In this document: in pieces, positions 23,941-34,095 of the stretch
How positions within the stretch are numbered: the stretch's first letter is position 1
How the letters are laid out: each line of letters begins with the position of its first letter
NCBI GenBank assembly: GCA_002269645.1
Contig: NIVC01000298.1
Location: 62,001-126,000, forward strand
DNA: 64,000 nt
Reading direction: 5' to 3'
DNA from: Macrostomum lignano
Taxonomy: Eukaryota
Translations under genes and position numbers: made by a program
The notes under the pieces: model-generated
The model's input: only the letters and a program-made list of their open reading frames with translations
Database searches by the model: none
Told to the model about the DNA's origin: nothing

Positions 23941-24351
23941 TAATATGCATACATGCGCAACAGTCGGCCGAGTCGGCCGATCCGGCCGACCGATTTGGCG
24001 GCCAACCAAGGAGGTCGCAAAAATGCCCACCCAAAAACTTAGTACTTAGTAGTACTAAGTAGCTGACGAGGCATTTTGGCTTAATAAGACAGTTATAGTT
24101 ACTCCTGCCGTTTACCCAAAGTTGCGTTAATTTTGCTTTCGCGTTTTTTTTCATGTAAGTCGCATTTTTGGTCAAAAACTACGTCGCATTTTTGTTAAAA
24201 CTAAGTCGCATGGCCGACCGAATTTCGGAGGTTGCGCATGTATGTTAATATGTATGCATCCATTAGTTAAGGTGTACCGAACAAAACACAGACTACATGA
24301 ACGTCAAGTAAAATTTTTATCGCATAAGCTCGCATTCCCACTTTATTTCAG

Positions 24352-24404
24352 ACCCGATTAGCGACCCACCGAGCAACAGCGAAATTTGCATTGATCCGCT
24401 GTAA
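24352..24404 (+). CDS. PARG: PARG putative terminal exon 6
   Basis: Acceptor CTTTATTTCAG, phase-1 compatible, (D)PISDPPSNSEICIDPL*; supported only by splice signals and phase. Confidence 0.55.
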
Positions 24405-25022
24405 CCTTGTACGAACTGGTATAACCTAATCTAGAATTTGATAGTACAAAAAACTTCTAGCCATTTTTTTAGAAAAATAATAGAATATTTTACTTGTCTT
24501 ATGTTAATTTCTCAATTTTATCACCCCTCGATCTGTAGCTTATACTTACTATACTACTAAACAATGCCTTGTTAAGTAGCATTTTTAGCTTTTATCGTAA
24601 ACTTTTGCATAGCTCGTAGTTTTTTAATTCCAATCATAGGCCTCATGGTGTGTGTATGCTTATTAGTGCATTAATAATGGCCTTGTGATATCCACTGCTT
24701 CAATTTTAGCTCGTACTACTGTAAAATCTGTGTAAATATTAATTTATTTTATAGCAATATAAACATGTACGTATTCCTATGGTGTCATTGGCTTCTATTA
24801 AACCGTTATACGATAACTGTTGCAGAAATTTCCGGACTTTGTTTATATTGTTTACTGACTTTTATTGCTAAAAAATTCATTTCTGTCCGCAAATTTTTGC
24901 CACAGCTGTGGTATTAATTGAATAACTTTAAAAAAATTTTTTGTATAAGGTTTTACTGTCCTCAATTTTATAGACTTGCATTTTTTATTTGCGTTACACA
25001 CTACTATAATCGTAGTGGGGGG

Positions 25023-25811
25023 ATCACAAACCCGAAATATCACAAACCCGAAATAGTGCAAACCCGAAATATCGCAAACCCGAAATAGCACAAACCCGAA
25101 GTATCACAAACCCGAAATATCACAAACCCGAAATATCACAAACCCGAAATAGCATAAACCCGAAATAGCATAAACCCGAAATAGCACAAACCCGAAGTAT
25201 CACAAACCCGAAATAGCACAAACCCGAAATAGCACAAACCCGAAATAGCATAAACCCGAAATAGCATAAACCCGAAATAGCATAAACCCGAAATAGCATA
25301 AACCCGAAATATCACAAACCCGAAATAGCACAAACCCGAAATAGCATAAACCCGAAATAGCATAAACCCGAAATAGCATAAACCCGAAATAGCATAAACC
25401 CGAAATAGCACAAACCCGAAGTATCACAAACCCGAAATAGCACAAACCCGAAGTATCACAAACCCGAAATAGCACAAACCCGAAGTATCACAAACCCGAA
25501 ATAGCACAAACCCGAAGTATCACAAACCCGAAGTATCACAAACCCGAAATAGCACAAACCCGAAGTATCACAAACCCGAAATAGCACAAACCCGAAGTAT
25601 CACAAACCCGAAATAGCACAAACCCGAAGTATCACAAACCCGAAATAGCACAAACCCGAAATAGCACAAACCCGAAGTATCACAAACTCGAAATAGCACA
25701 AACCCGAAGTATCACAAAACCGAAATATCACAAACCCAAAATAGCATAAACCCGAAATAGCATAAACCCGAAATAGCACAAACCCGAAGTATCACAAACC
25801 CGAAATATCAC
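25023..25811. repeat. 17-bp satellite (~46 copies) with two alternating variants
   Basis: AAACCCGAAATAGCA(C/T)A and AAACCCGAAGTATCACA, head-to-tail with no unique spacers. Confidence 0.97.
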
Positions 25812-25982
25812 AACTCCGAGAGTTAACTTAGTCGTAGTTTATTCGTAGAAATCCTTAAAAGTTTCTCCAAAACTCGTCATTTCTAATTGTTTGTACCAAG
25901 CTTATTGTCATGGCAACCATGTAAACGAAATAATTACATCCTGATACATTTTCTTTACATTCTAATTTTCAGTAACCACACG

Positions 25983-26457
25983 ATGTTGCGGCTGATTCCC
26001 GTTGTGCTGTTATTGGCGTCCTGCATCAGACCTATCAACGACCTTGAGATTGTATCGAATCCGCATAATTGCCGGCCTACCTACTTTAACAATAGTACTA
26101 ACGGACACGAGAACTGTCCCAGACCATGCTTCGATCGAGTCCATTTTGCAAGGTTAAGCATTCCGGCAATATGTTCTCGTTGCTGCCGTCATTGGGCTCA
26201 TTATGACTGCCTGCTTCGGCAGCGGCCATGTGCCAGCGTCACATCTACTACAACTGCGACTAGAACTTCACCCAGCAGTTCCAGTCCTACTTCATCACGA
26301 GACTGTCATTTCCCAACTGTCAGCTCTTCGGGGCCGCCAGGGCAAGTGGATGTTGCTAGCGGCACAACCAAAATTGGTTATTTTTATTTCGCCATTTTAT
26401 GCTTTGGTACTGTCATTGGAATTTGTTACTTTCTTTGGGACGTGTTCAGCAAGTCAG
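25983..26457 (+). CDS. Cys-rich type-I membrane protein paralog A, coding exon 1
   Basis: Signal-like MLRLIPVVLLLASC; CPRPCFD-x13-SRCCRHW-x4-C; Ser/Thr stalk; TM YFYFAILCFGTVIGICYFLW; phase-1 donor G|GTGAGT at 26458; acceptor ATTTTCAG just upstream of the ATG. Confidence 0.75.
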
Positions 26458-26896
26458 GTGAGTCGTACAGCTACCTTCGTCCCGTTGAATCCCGGTGAAA
26501 ACGTTACCTTGACAAGAATCGCTAAACAGCCATTGGAAACCACTCACTAGTGACGTTTTAACGACTCAAACGACTGTAATGCTATTAGCATCGTTGTGTT
26601 AGTGCTTAACTTTCTTTTAACCCAAGTAGACTAAATAGAGCTGTTATAAATGTGAAATTCGATTCTAATTCATAACGTGACGCAGATGCAACTCAGTGGT
26701 TCTACAGCGACTCTGTAATACCTCAGATGCGACTTAGAGTCGCATCTAGAGTCACTTTTCTACTTTACCTGTGAAAGTGACGCTTCTTTGCCTAGGTACC
26801 GTCTTCATCGGGAATGCGTGTGACTGCTTGCCTTGATTTGAATTCTTCTGTGAATTGACTAGCAAATTTAATGATATAAATTTTAACGTCTTTCAG

Positions 26897-27309
26897 GTCC
26901 TTTATCTCGTTTAATCATGCTCTTGAAGCGTCAATTTAAGAACAAAAACGAACCAGATCAGTCTGTTCAGGAGACTGAAGCCGCCCAGGCCAAGGATGAC
27001 GGTGATGCACAGGCAGATTCGGCCTTAATTGATAATATTACAGCAGCAGGTGCAGATAACACGGAGTCTAAGAATGACATTAAAACGCGGTCGCCTTCTT
27101 CGAATGCTAATTTTATGCCTGTCGGTGCTCCTGTGGAGAGTCATATCGACGATGATGAGGTGAGCACATTGTATACTACCGGTGGAAATCAGAGAGCTGC
27201 TCCGCAACGAAATCGGACTAAATCTACTAGCAGCAGCCAAGTATTGGGTGGAGAATTTGAAACGGTTCAAGTCCTGTCGCCAGCTTCTACGCGCGTGTCC
27301 CAAAAGTGA
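26897..27309 (+). CDS. Cys-rich type-I membrane protein paralog A, coding exon 2 (cytoplasmic tail)
   Basis: Acceptor TCTTTCAG; phase 1 puts it in frame with ORF 26917-27309; joined 888 nt, 295 aa. Confidence 0.7.
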
Positions 27310-27808
27310 GATTTGAACTCGCGCTAAGCACCGTGGTTGCTAAATCCGATCGCTTGGTGGTTTTCGAACTTGGCTTAGCCACTTCAATCGTATTTTAGAC
27401 ATTGTAAATAATTTAAATATGTCATTTATCATTCCAAAAAAGAAATTATTAATGGTTTTTAATATACATGATGTATATACTCGTACATATGTATTATCAT
27501 TTTATTAAATGCGCACACTTGAGTCTTCAGGTGAAATACTATATTCTTCTCTGCAGATTTCATGTTCAAAATGCTCACGGGGAGAGCTATAAAATTTTCA
27601 ACTGCACTTAAAAACAGGAGGTGAACTTTACTTTCCTAAAAACAAGACTAGCTTTCTGCGTGCTGATTGCATAATTGCAAAACTTGTTTTCTCGTTTGCT
27701 GTTTCGTCTAAAAAATATTCTGTAACTATTTTTTCTTTTGCTTTCTTTCGCTTCGCTTTGTAATTAAACATTATTACAAAATTTACAATCTGCATCCTCT
27801 GTGTGCGC

Positions 27809-30413
27809 TGTTGTGTATTGAACGCGTAGGTTGGTTGCTAGAAAAACTTAGTGAGTCTCGCCGGACCACGGTCTGTATTTATATATTAGCATGCACGCTG
27901 TGAGAAAAATTGGATGTTAGATTATTGCGTAACGCGTTTCGCAAATCAACGTGCCCGACGGGCCGCAAACTGAACACAGAGTTAAGTACGTATGGTCGCG
28001 CACCCACAACATCCTCCCCACATGAGATTCCCCTAAGTAATCGCATGTCAGTTCAGTGCATCATACACGGTTCAGTTCGGGTAGCGCATTGGCGGGCGAC
28101 GCTCGCGCTCTGACCTTCTCAGCACCGGCGGGGGTGCCGGCGGGTCCCCAGCGAGATCATCAGGCGGTCGTGGCGGATCCAACTCCGGGCCGCCGCCACC
28201 TTCGTCGAGCTGCGCGTCGCCATCGTCGTCGCTTCCTTTGCCAGGTCCGGCCGGCACGCAGCGCCGCAGGTGCCACCGCTTGCCGTTTTCGAGCAGCACA
28301 GTTGTCTTGAATCGCTTGCGAACCCGGAACGGCCTGGCGAGCTTCGGCTCCAGCTTGCCAGGTGCCACCGGCTTGGAGATGTGCACCCAGGAGCCGTCTT
28401 GGATGACCGCGGTCCGCGCCGCCGATGCATGCCGCCGACGGTCGGTGTCGCTCTTTGCTCGCTGCTTTGCCTTGGCGACCCGGTCATGAGCCGACGTCGG
28501 CCGCTTGGCTTCCGAGTCCGGTTGGAGTGCGAGCAGCGGGGTGCGCATTGGTCGGCCAGTCATGAGCTCGTGTGGACTCGAACCCGTGACGTGCGTTGGG
28601 GTCGCCCTATAGGCCGCGACGACAGCTCGGACGGCCTTGCAGAAGCTCCACCCGGCGACCAAGTGCGCTGTCACGCCCTCGCCGAGAGTGCGGTTGAATC
28701 GCTCGACGTTGCCGTTTTGTTCTGGACAGTACACTGCCGTTCGCTTGTGTTCGATCGCCAGGCTCGCCAGGTACTCGTCGAACTCGCGGCCGAACTGGGG
28801 TCCATTGTCGGTTGTGATGCTTTTCGGGATGCCCCACCTCGACCAGATGACCTCGAGGAAGTCGACGACTACCTTGGTTGTGACCGATTCTACGAGCGCG
28901 ACTTCTGGCCATCGGCTGAACCGGTCGATGAGCACGATCGCGAATCGCTGGTGACGCGGCGCCGCTCTGAACTCTCCGCAGATGTCGAGCTGCAGCTCCT
29001 GCCAGGCTCCTGCTGGCGTGCTCGGCTGTTGCCTGATCGGCTCGAAGAAGTCCTTGGAGTTGTCCTGGAGTTGTGAGCCCTCGTCACCGAGATGGTTAAT
29101 TTGAAGAGACACACCAAACTTCGAGAAGTCGGAGCGCCCAAGAAGGCTTGAGCTGCCCTCTGTGATCTGGAAACAGACTGAGGCCGTCTTGTCCTTGTAC
29201 ATTACCGGGAGCGTCGCTGTCCCGTAGGTCCTGATGTGCGAGCCGCCGTAGGCCACGAGCCGTGCTGGAGGTCCGCTTCCCTTGGTTGCGTGTCGTCGAA
29301 CTCTCTGGAAGTCGGACATGCTGATCACCGACACGGAGGCACCGCTGTCCAGCGTCAGCGTCAGCAGCTCGTCGCGGACCGCGCATTCGATGTTGTGGAC
29401 GGCAGTCGGATCCTGGTTCGCGACTTGCAGGATGGTGCTCACCTCCTCGCCGACTGTTGCCACCGTCTTGCTTCGGCATACAGCGGCAAAGTGGTTCGGC
29501 TTATTGCAGTTGTTGCACCTTTTTCCCATTGCTGGGCACTTGTGCTCCTTGCTGTAGTCGCCGCCGCATCGCCTGCACTTCTCGCTGTCCTTGCGCGTTT
29601 TGGGCTTGGCTATGACTCTCTGCTTTGAGACGGCGTGCACTGTCTTTTGAGACGCCCCTGATGTGCCGTTGAGGACCTTGGCTTCGTTGATGGCTGTCTC
29701 GATTTGGTTGGCGAGCTGCAGGGACTTCTCCAATGTCAGGTCGTCTGGTTCCATCAGCAGCCTTTCACGGATACGTGACACGCACGTTTTCTCGATAAGC
29801 TGATCGCGGACCATCTCATTTGTCAGGTCCTTGAACGCGCAATCGGCCGCGAGCTGCTGCAGATCTCTGACGAACTGCTGCACCGGCTCCTCTGGTCGCT
29901 GCTCCCTGCACCGAAACCTGTAGCGAGCTCCTATGACGCTCTTGTTCGGCACGAAGATTTTGTCCAGTTCTTCGAGCAGCTTCTTCGTGTCGTTCGCCTC
30001 CACGCTTTCCGCCTGCCGTTGGCCTTCCGGCCCGAGGCAGTGTCGAAGGACGGCCATTTGTCTCGCCTCCGACATTTTGTCCAGTTCCGTTGCTGTTGAA
30101 TAGATCGAGAACTGACTTTTCCACCTTGGCCACGGGCAGCTTGGCTCGCCCGGGCTAGCCAGGTACGGCGTTGGTGGGTTGAGACTGAAGTCTGCCATCT
30201 TCGTCGCCAATGTTGTGTATTGAACGCGTAGGTTGGTTGCTAGAAAAACTTAGTGAGTCTCGCCGGACCACGGTCTGTATTTATATATTAGCATGCACGC
30301 TGTAAGAAAAAATGGATGTTGGATTATTGCGTAACGCGTTTCGCAAATCAACGTGCCCGACGGGCCGCAAACTGAACACAGAGTTAAGTACGTATGGTCG
30401 CGCACCCACAACA
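27809..30413 (-). mobile_element. Gypsy (Mag-like) LTR element lacking RT/RNase H
   Basis: 203-bp LTRs TGTTG...CAACA at 27809-28011 and 30211-30413 (3 differences seen); 5-bp TSD TGCGC at 27804-27808 and 30414-30418; PBS TGGCGACGAAGATGG; PPT TGGGGAGGA. Confidence 0.95.
28072..30198 (-). CDS. Gag-aspartic protease-integrase polyprotein (708 aa), no RT/RNase H
   Basis: Gag with zinc knuckles CRRC..HKC and CNNC..H..VC; protease LDSGAS; integrase core LQLDICG, IDRFSRWPE, TDNGPQF, NVERFN; no YxDD or RNase H motifs. Confidence 0.93.
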   Translation of the reverse strand: MADFSLNPPTPYLASPGEPSCPWPRWKSQFSIYSTATELDKMSEARQMAVLRHCLGPEGQRQAESVEANDTKKLLEELDKIFVPNKSVIGARYRFRCREQRPEEPVQQFVRDLQQLAADCAFKDLTNEMVRDQLIEKTCVSRIRERLLMEPDDLTLEKSLQLANQIETAINEAKVLNGTSGASQKTVHAVSKQRVIAKPKTRKDSEKCRRCGGDYSKEHKCPAMGKRCNNCNKPNHFAAVCRSKTVATVGEEVSTILQVANQDPTAVHNIECAVRDELLTLTLDSGASVSVISMSDFQRVRRHATKGSGPPARLVAYGGSHIRTYGTATLPVMYKDKTASVCFQITEGSSSLLGRSDFSKFGVSLQINHLGDEGSQLQDNSKDFFEPIRQQPSTPAGAWQELQLDICGEFRAAPRHQRFAIVLIDRFSRWPEVALVESVTTKVVVDFLEVIWSRWGIPKSITTDNGPQFGREFDEYLASLAIEHKRTAVYCPEQNGNVERFNRTLGEGVTAHLVAGWSFCKAVRAVVAAYRATPTHVTGSSPHELMTGRPMRTPLLALQPDSEAKRPTSAHDRVAKAKQRAKSDTDRRRHASAARTAVIQDGSWVHISKPVAPGKLEPKLARPFRVRKRFKTTVLLENGKRWHLRRCVPAGPGKGSDDDGDAQLDEGGGGPELDPPRPPDDLAGDPPAPPPVLRRSERERRPPMRYPN

Positions 30414-30988
30414 TGCGCATTTACTGTAATACGATTAATAATCATCATAAGAAAAAATGTATATTTTTACCAGTTATGTTAAATATAAAAATCTCCATGT
30501 CACTTGTCATTCTGCAATCTCTAAACTCCAAGTGTTTTTTAGCTATTCATATTTTTTTATCATTTTTTATGAAATATTTTTTATAAATTTTCACAATCGA
30601 CCTTTTTCTATATTGATAAAGTGAAGCTTTATAGACCAATAAATAAGCGTACAAGTTCCATCTACGGTGGACTTCTTCTGTTTTTCGACTTTGTAGTTTT
30701 TCATTGATTTTATTTGCCATAAATATGCTATTTAACATTCGTAGGTTTTGTTAGAAGCAGAAGCCTATTTCGACTGGATGTTTTTTACAAGCTCGAAACT
30801 TCACATTGTTTAAAACTTGCTAGTCGCTACCGCTGGCTCAAAACTTATTACTAATCCAGCCATGCAGAATTTCAAAGCTTGTAAAAACGTTATGATACTA
30901 TAGGTACCACTGGTATGTATAGTGTAGCATAGTGTGATCAGAAATCTAATAGAAGATTCATATATTTCAGCCGATTGGAATCAAAGCA

Positions 30989-31436
30989 ATGAATTTGCTA
31001 TGGTACTCCGCGTTGACGCTCTCCTTGTCATTTAACTGCGTTGACGCGCCGCCGCAGTTGCAAGTTGACACGAACCTGCCAGATAGTAATTATTACTATA
31101 ACAAACGAACTGACTCACTGGCTAAGTGTCCTGACGTATGCTTTGATCCAAGATTTGTTGAAATGCTGGCAAGGCCGATATTTTATTCAAAATGTTGTCG
31201 TCTATGGAACGATAGTAATTGCATAATGCAAGTCAATGTAAAGAATTCGGATACTACTATGACGGATACTACTAAAAGTACTAGTAGTAGCACTCGCCAG
31301 AAGTGTTCTTGCAGCACAATCCCAGCGTCAATACCAACTCCAACGCAAGAGACTTGCTTATCTGGCTGCTTTTGGACCTTTGTCTTTGTGGTTCCAGTTA
31401 TCGTTTTAGTTGTACTGGATTTCTGTGGAATATCGC
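30989..31436 (+). CDS. Cys-rich type-I membrane protein paralog B, coding exon 1
   Basis: Signal-like MNLLWYSALTLSLSFNCVDA; CPDVCFD-x13-SKCCRLW-x4-C; Thr/Ser stalk; TM CFWTFVFVVPVIVLVVLDFC; phase-1 donor C|GTAAGT at 31437; acceptor TATTTCAG just upstream of the ATG. Confidence 0.75.
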
Positions 31437-31589
31437 GTAAGTATTGGGCATTACTCTCTAGTCTCTAGTAGTCTGCATTATCAATTTTTATATACGAGCT
31501 TTCTTACTTGTCAAAGTCCTGCGTTAAAAATATATAAAAAAAAGATAAAAGGTACTTAGGAATTCCTAAAGCTAAACCCTGAGAAACCC

Positions 31590-31760
31590 TCTTAGACTCA
31601 GCATCTCAGCGATTCCCCAATGAGCTTTGGCATATCAACAATTCTCCCCATGAGCCTTAGCATCTCAGCAATTACCCCGTAAGCCTTGACATCCCAAAAA
31701 TTCCCCCGTAAGCCTTTAGCATCTAGCTCTCAAGATTTTCCCCATGAGCCTTGAAATCCC
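31590..31760. repeat. Degenerate ~30-bp tandem repeat in paralog B intron
   Basis: Recurring (T/G)AGCC(T)TAGCATCTCAGCAATT.CCCC-type units. Confidence 0.65.
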
Positions 31761-31980
31761 ACCTCTGAATTAATCGATTGACGCTCCAGGGGATGTAGAC
31801 CCTATTCTATTACTTATTTTTATAAGCGGAATATGTTGCTATTTTTAATATTTACAGTTTAAAAGATCAAAGCTTTAAATAAGTGAAACGTCCTAATAAA
31901 AAAACCCTTTAAATAGTTAACACTAAATACGCTCGCATATCATAAACAATTAAAAATCTTATTAATATCACCATTTTTAG

Positions 31981-32081
31981 GTCCGTGTACATGGCTGTTC
32001 GTTAAACTACAGAACATCTGTCGCGGTTCACGAAGGCATACTAAATTGTCCATAAGTAGCGGCGATATCATGCAGAGATAA
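31981..32081 (+). CDS. Cys-rich type-I membrane protein paralog B, coding exon 2
   Basis: Acceptor CATTTTTAG|GTCC like paralog A (TTTCAG|GTCC); (R)PCTWLFVKLQNICRGSRRHTKLSISSGDIMQR*. Confidence 0.6.
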
Positions 32082-32344
32082 TGTTTGTGGACATTTTAAC
32101 TGTGATTTTCAGCTTGATTCGATCATTGTCCAGTTGTCCAGGCTGGTCTCTCAATTCTCGTAATAGGGTCCAATTTTCGCCTACCTTCTGCCTGTCGATA
32201 TCTTCTTTTATCCAGAGCAACGAGTACTAGAATAACTAAATATGTCAGTCGCAATTGAAGTTGTGAAAGTGAAAGTCTATTTTTTCTCAGTTGTTTGTCT
32301 GTGCAGTGTTCACTTAAATTCAATGTGACAACTGGATTTTCTTT

Positions 32345-32722
32345 TCCTTAGAAGCAGATGGGGTTAAAATAAACAACAAGCATTCAGCTCGATGTAAACA
32401 AGTGGGCGCAAGACGCACGAAACTCAACTCAGCCTAAGGAGCAGGCCCAGTCTAGCTCAGCCAATGAGAGCAGTAAAGAGAGAGGTCAAAGTCAAACGGA
32501 TGAAACTCAGCCTAGGGGGCAGGCCTAATCTAGCTCAGCCAATGAGAAAGCAGTAAGGGGAGAGGTCAAAGTCAGACACAAGCGGGCAAGAGGAAAGCCA
32601 AACTGTTATCAGCCTGGCTGAGGGCTGGGTTACCACTCCTTTGCTCTCTTGCTCGCCATGCACACGCACTGGATTCGATTTTTTTGTAGTTTTTCTGCAA
32701 TCTTCCATCTTAAATTGATTTC
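32345..32722 (-). mobile_element. Dispersed non-autonomous element with ~2 internal ~80-bp units (copy 2 of 16872-17390)
   Basis: CTAGCTCAGCCAATGAG units and both flanks match the reverse complement of copy 1. Confidence 0.8.
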
Positions 32723-33061
32723 TTTTTTATGACTTCGAGTCTGAGGGAGTATGAAGTCGGTAAATCAAGCTAAAGAGGCTGATTTAATGGGGCTGCTTGC
32801 AGAAAGCCCGAGGCCATTGTTGCAGCTTCAAAACTTTAAGTATCTTGTAAAATTTAATCGATTTTTTATTTTACGGATTATAATGGAAAAAATGAATTTT
32901 TTTACTGAAAAAGAGTACATGAGCGCATTGTTTGCGAGTGACATGTCCTAGTTATTCTATCTAATGTAAGCATCTGTGATAGTTACTCTAATTCTGGGGC
33001 TTGAAAATTTGTTTACCTCAAGGGTTAGTGAAAGAATCCGGCTAATGGCTGCGGGCCAGAT

Positions 33062-34095
33062 GGTTTACCCCCGATTCGCCGAATCCCGATTTGCCGATTC
33101 CCAGCTCGCCGAATCCCGATTCGCCGATTCCTGGTTCGCCGAAATTCCCGAGTCGCCGATTCCCGATTTGCCGAAATTCCTCATTTGCCGAATCCCGACT
33201 TGCCGATTTCCTGGTTCGCCGAAGTTCCTCATTAGCCGAGGTTCCTGATTTGCCGAAATTCTTAATCGCTGCTCTGGAACTTTTTGAACTTTTTTAAAGA
33301 CATAACCACTCAGTTATTCATGAATAATTTCCATATACAGTAGCTAAACGTTGTTTGAACCGTTTGTTCCAGTTTCAAATTGTTCTAGTTTCAAATTGTT
33401 CTAGTTTCAAATTGTTCCAGTTTCAAATTGTTCTAGTTTCAAATTGTTCCAGTTTCAAATTGTTCTAGTTTCAAATTGTTCCAGTTTCAAATTGTTCTAG
33501 TTTCAAATTGTTCTAGTTTCAAATTGTTCTAGTTTCAAATTGTTCCAGTTTCAAATTGTTCCAGTTTCAAATTGTTCCAGTTCCAAATTGTTCCAGTTTC
33601 AAATTGTTCTAGTTTCAAATTGTTCCAGTTTCAAATTGTTCTAGTTTCAAATTGTTCTAGTTTCAAATTGTTCCAGTTTCAAATTGTTCCAGTTTCAAAT
33701 TGTTCCAGTTTCAAATTGTTCTAGTTTCTAGTTTCGTTAATTGGTGTATTGACGATATGTACGACTGGTATTGACTAAAATGTAGAACGCAAAGCACACC
33801 AGGGAAATGCAAAATGAACTTAGCAAAATACAAATCGCTCTAGTGAAATGCAAAACAAACTTAGTGACAAACTAGTTTTATTATGGAAATTATTCATGAA
33901 TAACTGAGTGGTTATGTCTTTAAAAAAGTTCAAAATGTTCCAGAGCAGCGATTAAGAATTTCGGCAAATCAGGAATTTCGGCTAATGAGGAATTTCGGCG
34001 AACCAGGAATCGGCGAATCGAAAAATTCGGCAAATCAGGAAATTCGGCGAATCAGGAAATCGGCCAATCGGGATTCGGCGAATCGGGGGTAAACC
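33062..34095. mobile_element. Long-TIR (foldback-like) MITE with 8-bp TSD
   Basis: Ends GGTTTACCCCCGATTCGCCGA...TCGGCGAATCGGGGGTAAACC; inverted similarity extends ~270 bp (e.g. 33261-33335 vs 33882-33956); TSD GGCCAGAT at 33054-33061 and 34096-34103. Confidence 0.92.
33364..33731. repeat. 16-bp tandem array (~22 copies) in the MITE centre
   Basis: TGTT(C/T)(C/T)AGTTTCAAAT-type unit TGTTCCAGTTTCAAAT / TGTTCTAGTTTCAAAT. Confidence 0.95.

Noticed and set aside
23648-24175. (DRQT)n and (VCLS)n proteins
   Set aside because: Translations of the CTGT microsatellite.
25023-25811. CRISPR array or coding repeats (ORFs 24852-25475)
   Set aside because: Pure 17-bp tandem repeat; the ORFs are translations of the repeat.
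28119-30133. Overlapping and antisense ORFs within the LTR element (e.g. 28270-29076)
   Set aside because: GC-rich shadow ORFs of the Gag-PR-IN frame, no motifs.
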